This document shows, one piece after another, positions 27,762 through 32,000 of a stretch of DNA of 32,000 nt. Position 1 is the stretch's first letter, and each line of letters opens with the position of its first letter. The position numbers and the translations under genes were made by a program. The notes under the pieces are model-generated. The model was not told where the DNA came from and ran no database searches. It saw nothing but the letters and a program-made list of their open reading frames with translations. The stretch is from Cuniculiplasma divulgatum (GTDB lineage Archaea; Thermoplasmatota; Thermoplasmata; Thermoplasmatales; Thermoplasmataceae): positions 630,001-662,000 of the forward strand of contig NZ_LT671858.1 of assembly GCF_900083515.1 (NCBI RefSeq). Reading direction: 5' to 3'.

Positions 27762-29648
27762 TCAGACCTTTATTGTTTTGTAGTAATGCCTGATTAGTTC
27801 CCCTGCATAGTCTGTTTGTTTCTGTACCATACTAAATGGTATAACAAATACGTTTGAATCTTTCATACTATAGTAACGGTCTATTGTTTCTGATGTAACT
27901 ACAGTCATACAATGGTCTGTGACTTCAGAATACTTATAATGGAAAGGAGAGACGTCTTTATTGTTTTCGTTATAAATGTTTAGATGTTTAACGTACTTTG
28001 CTGTTATAGGATCTTCTAATATATCATAGTCTTCTTTGTACCTACAAAAACTTTCTAAATTTTCCTGGACACGTTTCTGAAATTCTTCTTTCCATGCTTC
28101 TTTGTGTTCTTCCCATACCATTCTGTTCAGCAGGTTGATGTCGTCTTCAGGATCTGGAAAATCAGGATCGATTGGTGGTGGTCTGTCTTCCTGCCCTGCA
28201 AAGACCTTCACAACGTATATTCTTTCCATTGGTATTCGTGCGTTACATTTTCTGCAGTAGAATTGAGGTTTTTCCTTCTTATAATGCCATATAAAATTTT
28301 TGGAATTGCTAAGGATTCCCCAACTACGCATGACCATGCTTCTACCTTTTTTTGACATTTTCTTTAACGATTTACTATAGTCTATTTTGTCTTTTATTTC
28401 ACTGATTCTAGATTTTACTTTGCGTCTGAGGATGGTAAACATTTTACCTTTTTCTGTGGTTAAAAATTTTTGATAATTCAAACTGTTGGAGAAGTTGATG
28501 ATGGAGATTGGTAGAGGATCGGAGTCAAAATTACTTAATCCGTTAGACAGGATAAATGTCCCATCTTCTTCGCCATCATGCAGATCGAAGAGATGGTATT
28601 TTGAACCGTATTTTAAGTCCAGATCAATACGATCCTTATAGACCATTACGCCCACATGATCAAGGATGTATTGAATGGTCATCCTAACGTTTTTAACAGG
28701 TTCGACACGACCATTTTTATAATGAAGGTTTTTAATTATGATCCCTTCATTGATAGTTAGTTCCTTTTGTCTGTCAGCCATAATATGCCCGAATCCGACA
28801 AAATGATAGTGAGAGCCATCTATACAATCTTCTGAGTAATGTTTGTCCCCATTCCTTCGGTAAGGATGCAGATAAATATAGCCCCCGAAACAACCCACTT
28901 CCCTGAGGATATTTATAATTTTTATGTTATTGTCTTTAACGTCTTGGTCAGTGTCAAAAACCATGTTTGGAATTGAGACAACCACATGATAAATCCCAAG
29001 TGGTGTGTGTGTTTTGGTAGCATAAATTAGAGTATTAATGAGATTTTTGCGCTGAATTTTTCCCATATTTTTATCAACCAGACTGTAAAAGACATTGCTT
29101 CTTCGATGATTAGTTTGGTGTTTGCTGAAAAAGAATTTTAGAAGTTCCTTTAAATTATTACCAGATTCTAGATTTATGAGTTTTGTTGTAAAGGACTGAA
29201 ATTTCAATAACTTATCCGATTGAGATTCTATAGTCTTTTTGTAGACGCCAGCAGGTTCTGGATAACCTAAGTCATTGAGGATCAGGTTACCGAGAGAGTC
29301 ACGTTTATGATTGCAGAGTTCACAGAGAATCGAGTTACAATTCAATCTATTAGTTTGATGGATATGCGCAGAATGAGTTAGATCGCCATACTGATCAGTA
29401 AGATCAGGAAGGGTGGATGTATGAGCATAAAATTTGTTTTCGCCATTATTATCATGAAGAAACATGCCACAATCATTTTTTTTAGGTTCTGTAAAAGGAA
29501 GAATGAGATAGATTTTCTTTGGTTGTTTGACTTCTTTTTTCTTCCCATTTTTGTTGACTAATTCTACATTAAAGGTTTCCGTTATAACTGGATTTTCAGA
29601 TGGATCAGAATGATCAGAAGGTTTATTTACTGTACTTCGATTTATCAT
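27762..29648 (-). CDS. Large element protein, putative replication initiator (HUH-like motif; function tentative)
   Basis: 628-aa ORF. YHVVVSIP, then GGYIYLHPYRR...GSHYHFVGFGH (His-hydrophobic-His followed by hydrophobics), then TIQYILDHVG about 45 aa later. Cys pairs CELCNHK and CRKCNARIP. CDS confidence is high; functional call confidence is about 0.35. Confidence 0.7.
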   Translation of the reverse strand: MINRSTVNKPSDHSDPSENPVITETFNVELVNKNGKKKEVKQPKKIYLILPFTEPKKNDCGMFLHDNNGENKFYAHTSTLPDLTDQYGDLTHSAHIHQTNRLNCNSILCELCNHKRDSLGNLILNDLGYPEPAGVYKKTIESQSDKLLKFQSFTTKLINLESGNNLKELLKFFFSKHQTNHRRSNVFYSLVDKNMGKIQRKNLINTLIYATKTHTPLGIYHVVVSIPNMVFDTDQDVKDNNIKIINILREVGCFGGYIYLHPYRRNGDKHYSEDCIDGSHYHFVGFGHIMADRQKELTINEGIIIKNLHYKNGRVEPVKNVRMTIQYILDHVGVMVYKDRIDLDLKYGSKYHLFDLHDGEEDGTFILSNGLSNFDSDPLPISIINFSNSLNYQKFLTTEKGKMFTILRRKVKSRISEIKDKIDYSKSLKKMSKKGRSMVMRSWGILSNSKNFIWHYKKEKPQFYCRKCNARIPMERIYVVKVFAGQEDRPPPIDPDFPDPEDDINLLNRMVWEEHKEAWKEEFQKRVQENLESFCRYKEDYDILEDPITAKYVKHLNIYNENNKDVSPFHYKYSEVTDHCMTVVTSETIDRYYSMKDSNVFVIPFSMVQKQTDYAGELIRHYYKTIKV

Positions 29649-29758
29649 TGTTGTTAGTTACCCTGGTCTGAGACTTGTGGTTAGGTTTCAGACTTTTATT
29701 TTTTTCTTTATCATCGTCAAACAGATAAGCGAGAATACGATTTAATTCTTTCATGAGT

Positions 29759-29932
29759 TCAGCGTGTTGCATTTTCTACACCGTTAACTTTCATTGGTTT
29801 TACAATGATTTTGCCATTTTCGCCGATGAATATATCGACCGCCATGGTTTCATTTATACGATGCTGTTTTACGTATTCAAACGGAAGTCGCACGTAATAA
29901 GTGCTGTTATTCCTGGTTACATGAGATTTCAT
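29759..29932 (-). CDS. AbrB/SpoVT/MazE-type swapped-hairpin DNA-binding protein (57 aa, unlisted)
   Basis: MKSHVTRNNSTYYVRLPFEYVKQHRINETMAVDIFIGENGKIIVKPMKVNGVENATR. The pattern (Y)VRLP.E..K...I..G..V.I....GKIIVKP is the classic AbrB-fold signature. It is the first gene of the operon leading into the 628-aa gene. Confidence 0.6.
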   Translation of the reverse strand: MKSHVTRNNSTYYVRLPFEYVKQHRINETMAVDIFIGENGKIIVKPMKVNGVENATR

Positions 29933-30043
29933 GATAATATACTAATAATATCTTATTATTAAATACTATCGTATAGATCGTTCGGAGAGCCAGTAATTTA
30001 CGGTAAAAAAGATAGATAGACGGTATTTAAAAATATCGGTAAT

Positions 30044-31399
30044 TTATTTTTTGATCCTTTTCTTAACGTCTTCTAATTTCCCATTCTTTTCTAATTCTAC
30101 TAGTAGAGAAGCGAGGAGATCCAACTTAGAATCGTCAGGAAGATTATTCATGGTAGTCTTAAGTTCAGGACTTAATAGATCAGATTCCTGTAAGGTTTCC
30201 ATGACCTTTTCCCTTTCTTCTTCAATCTTTACAAAGTCTTCCTGCTTCATTGGTGATCCACAGTTACTACAGAAGCGTGCTGACCCTGTATTGATTACGT
30301 GACACCTTGGACATTTCCTATTAACCTTAGATAATGGTTTCTTTAATTCTTCGTCTGTTATTTCGATTCCCTGAGCCTTTAGAATTGCAGTTATCTGACC
30401 TGTTTTGTCTAAGTGAGTGTAGTTGTCAGCCATTTTATTGGAAGCCCAGCCCATTTGCTTTACAAAGACCTGTAACGGTGTTTCTACTGCTAAGCGAGTA
30501 GCACAACTATGCCGGAATAAATGCGGTGAAATTTGCTTGGTTATTCCTGCCCTGTTCACAGATTTCCTTATCAATGCCCTAAGGTCTTCATAGGTTAGTG
30601 ATTCCCCTAAATTTTCCTTACCAATGCCTACAAACAGATGGTTGTTTTGGTCAAATCTATCCTTCTGGATATCCTTCAGGTATTCTATATATTGAGGAAT
30701 GATTACTACGCTGTCGCCTGTAAGGACAACGCTTCTTTGCCTGTAGTTCTTTGATCCTTCAGAAATGTTTAGGACTGCGTAAAGACCGTCTGTGCTTTTA
30801 CTAAAGTCCTTAATCTTTAGCTTAAGTAATTCGCTTGCCCTGATTCCTGAATCCCACAGAAGTGAGATTATGGATTTATCCCTAATATTCTTACACGCCT
30901 TTAGGATTGCCTGTAGTTCTTCATAAGAAATCATTTGGTCAGGTCTTTTGTATCTGCTTCCTATTTTTTCACTGTGTATGTCATTCCAGAATTCTGGAAA
31001 GTCTTCCCTTTCTTCCTTAGGTAATTCTGCGTTGTATTTTTTGAAGCAGAATTTAACAAATTTCTTCATAGTCTTCTTAAGATCGGAGATAGTAGCAGAT
31101 GAGTAGTGAGTTCCCCTTATGGTTATTTTGTCCCTTAATTTTCCTATGACCATTAGCACGTCTTTTTCTTTAGGATTTATTCGACCCTTAGAGTCCAGGA
31201 TTTTATCCCCGAAGCTTTCGCCCAGTATCAGAAGTCTTTCGTAATAGTAGTATTCCCTGTGTTGTTTTATACCTGAGCCTTCCCTAAGAGTAAGGACAAA
31301 TTCAAAAATTTTATCCTTCAGTTCCTTTGGAAGTCCTGAATTTTCCAATCTTTTTTTGACGCTTTCCACATTTTTACTGACATTATATATTTCAGCCAT
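30044..31399 (-). CDS. int: Tyrosine recombinase/integrase with C-terminal zinc ribbon and acidic tail
   Basis: Catalytic contexts GIRASELLKLK (Arg), HLFRHSCATRL (His-x-x-Arg), GWASNKMADNYTHL (Trp/His, Tyr). The extra C-terminal CPRCHVINTGSARFCSNCG is followed by an E/D/K-rich tail. The gene is intact, so this is not an SSV-type integrase split by integration. Confidence 0.9.
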   Translation of the reverse strand: MAEIYNVSKNVESVKKRLENSGLPKELKDKIFEFVLTLREGSGIKQHREYYYYERLLILGESFGDKILDSKGRINPKEKDVLMVIGKLRDKITIRGTHYSSATISDLKKTMKKFVKFCFKKYNAELPKEEREDFPEFWNDIHSEKIGSRYKRPDQMISYEELQAILKACKNIRDKSIISLLWDSGIRASELLKLKIKDFSKSTDGLYAVLNISEGSKNYRQRSVVLTGDSVVIIPQYIEYLKDIQKDRFDQNNHLFVGIGKENLGESLTYEDLRALIRKSVNRAGITKQISPHLFRHSCATRLAVETPLQVFVKQMGWASNKMADNYTHLDKTGQITAILKAQGIEITDEELKKPLSKVNRKCPRCHVINTGSARFCSNCGSPMKQEDFVKIEEEREKVMETLQESDLLSPELKTTMNNLPDDSKLDLLASLLVELEKNGKLEDVKKRIKK

Positions 31400-31445
31400 G
31401 ATAGAGAAATTACGTAGCGTAATATATACCTATCGTTTTGAATTT

Positions 31446-31457
31446 CGGTCAGAGCAT
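31446..31457 (+). repeat. att core, distal copy (displaced tRNA 3' fragment)
   Basis: CGGTCAGAGCAT. The upstream AAT also matches with a 2-nt gap of mismatch (GAATTTCGG vs AAATCCCGG). Confidence 0.72.
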
Positions 31458-31701
31458 TTTGGTAAATTTAAACCAAGTTAATTTCCTAAACGTAGTTTCT
31501 TAACTTATATCGGTATTATACAGAGGAATCCAAATATGTTGATTTTAGGAGTTTGGTATCTTCTCTTTATAACCGGATTAAATTTATTATAAATATTGGA
31601 TAATATCACGGTTCGCAATCAATGCACATTCCATTATTAACATATAAGAACATCATAATTATCAGTGTGCCACTGGCAAAGATTTCCATTCCACATATTA
31701 T

Positions 31702-32000
31702 TTAGTTAATCTCCCCATATCCGGAACCGCCAGGGGTCATTAGAATTACTTCATCATTTGGCCCGAGTTCAGTTGTAAATTTGCTTCCCATTTTCTTTTT
31801 CTTACTACCATGCTTTATAAGCACAGATGATGGTTTTCCTTTTTTTCCTCCATTAAGTGCATACGGACTGATGATGAACCTATCTGCTATGAGGGAAAAG
31901 GAACTATTTTCCAGAACTCTGAAAGATCTGATAATACCATCTCCACCATTAAATTTCCCCTTGCCTCCGCTCCCTCTTCTAAGTGTATATGAGGTATAGA
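31702..32000 (-). CDS. Hydantoinase B/oxoprolinase family protein, C-terminal part (gene continues beyond window; unlisted)
   Basis: The minus-strand frame reads YTSYTLRRGSGGKGKFNGGDGIIRSFRVLENSSFSLIADRFIISPYALNGGKKGKPSSVLIKHG...ELGPNDEVILMTPGGSGYGEIN*. The RxGSGGxG...GGDG...DR...P.G..GG...G and terminal TPGG.GYG motifs are the family hallmarks. Confidence 0.75.
   Translation of the reverse strand, partial: YTSYTLRRGSGGKGKFNGGDGIIRSFRVLENSSFSLIADRFIISPYALNGGKKGKPSSVLIKHGSKKKKMGSKFTTELGPNDEVILMTPGGSGYGEIN

Larger units (their letters stand above)
25011..31457 (-). mobile_element. Integrated plasmid/provirus-like element (about 6.4 kb) in the 3' end of tRNA-Glu
   Basis: 12-bp direct repeat CGGTCAGAGCAT at 25011-25022 (tRNA 3' end) and 31446-31457. 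An intact tyrosine integrase gene begins 46 bp from the distal repeat. All internal genes are on one strand and have no housekeeping function. Chromosomal genes (amt, hyuB-like) flank it. Confidence 0.82.

Noticed and set aside
29753-29962. Listed plus-strand 69-aa ORF
   Set aside because: It is antisense to the AbrB-fold ORF (29759-29932), which has a recognisable family pattern and fits the operon orientation.
31781-31999. Listed plus-strand 72-aa ORF at the window end
   Set aside because: It is antisense to a minus-strand frame with clear hydantoinase B/oxoprolinase C-terminal motifs, and its own sequence is low-complexity (F/P/L).
1-32000. Possibility of stop-codon reassignment, given in-frame TAA (12262, 18299) and TGA (5204, 10820)
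   Set aside because: TAA, TGA and TAG all terminate well-conserved full-length genes in this window at the expected positions (sufS, sufU, rad50, M50 protease, VOC, etc.), so the standard code applies.
1-32000. CRISPR arrays and rRNA genes
   Set aside because: I saw no regularly spaced direct repeats of 24-40 bp and no rRNA-like conserved blocks on either strand.

Overview
Low-GC archaeal chromosome segment. The nurA-herA-mre11-rad50 operon, tRNA structure and gene content suggest a Thermoplasmata-like euryarchaeon (inference). From the left: sufS-sufU, then on the minus strand the DSB-repair operon, an M20 amidohydrolase and an S2P/M50 protease. Next is an AT-rich accessory patch bracketed by a decayed IS5-like element (10373-11372) and a 635-bp non-autonomous derivative with the same termini (15159-15793). 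This patch holds the most unusual content. It encodes a 545-aa Cys-rich, Gly/Thr-linker, membrane-anchored protein with a detached signal-anchor ORF upstream and a small multi-TM partner downstream. An orphan, diverged copy of only its C-terminal module follows, with a paralogous small partner. This layout resembles polymorphic toxin/immunity loci with orphan modules. A third, shorter cassette of the same architecture lies at 18128-19275. Housekeeping genes follow: lutA/lutB-like Fe-S oxidoreductases, a frameshifted VOC gene, tRNA-Val, an AidB-like acyl-CoA dehydrogenase and amt. A ~6.4-kb integrated element sits in the 3' end of tRNA-Glu, flanked by 12-bp direct repeats. It encodes a tyrosine integrase with a C-terminal zinc ribbon, an unlisted AbrB-like ORF, a 628-aa HUH-like putative replication protein, a helically phased CCGA iteron array, and a P-loop NTPase with three small coupled ORFs. 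The window ends inside an unlisted hydantoinase-B/oxoprolinase gene. In addition, mre11 has no canonical start codon upstream of its catalytic motif I and is in frame with herA across a single TGA.
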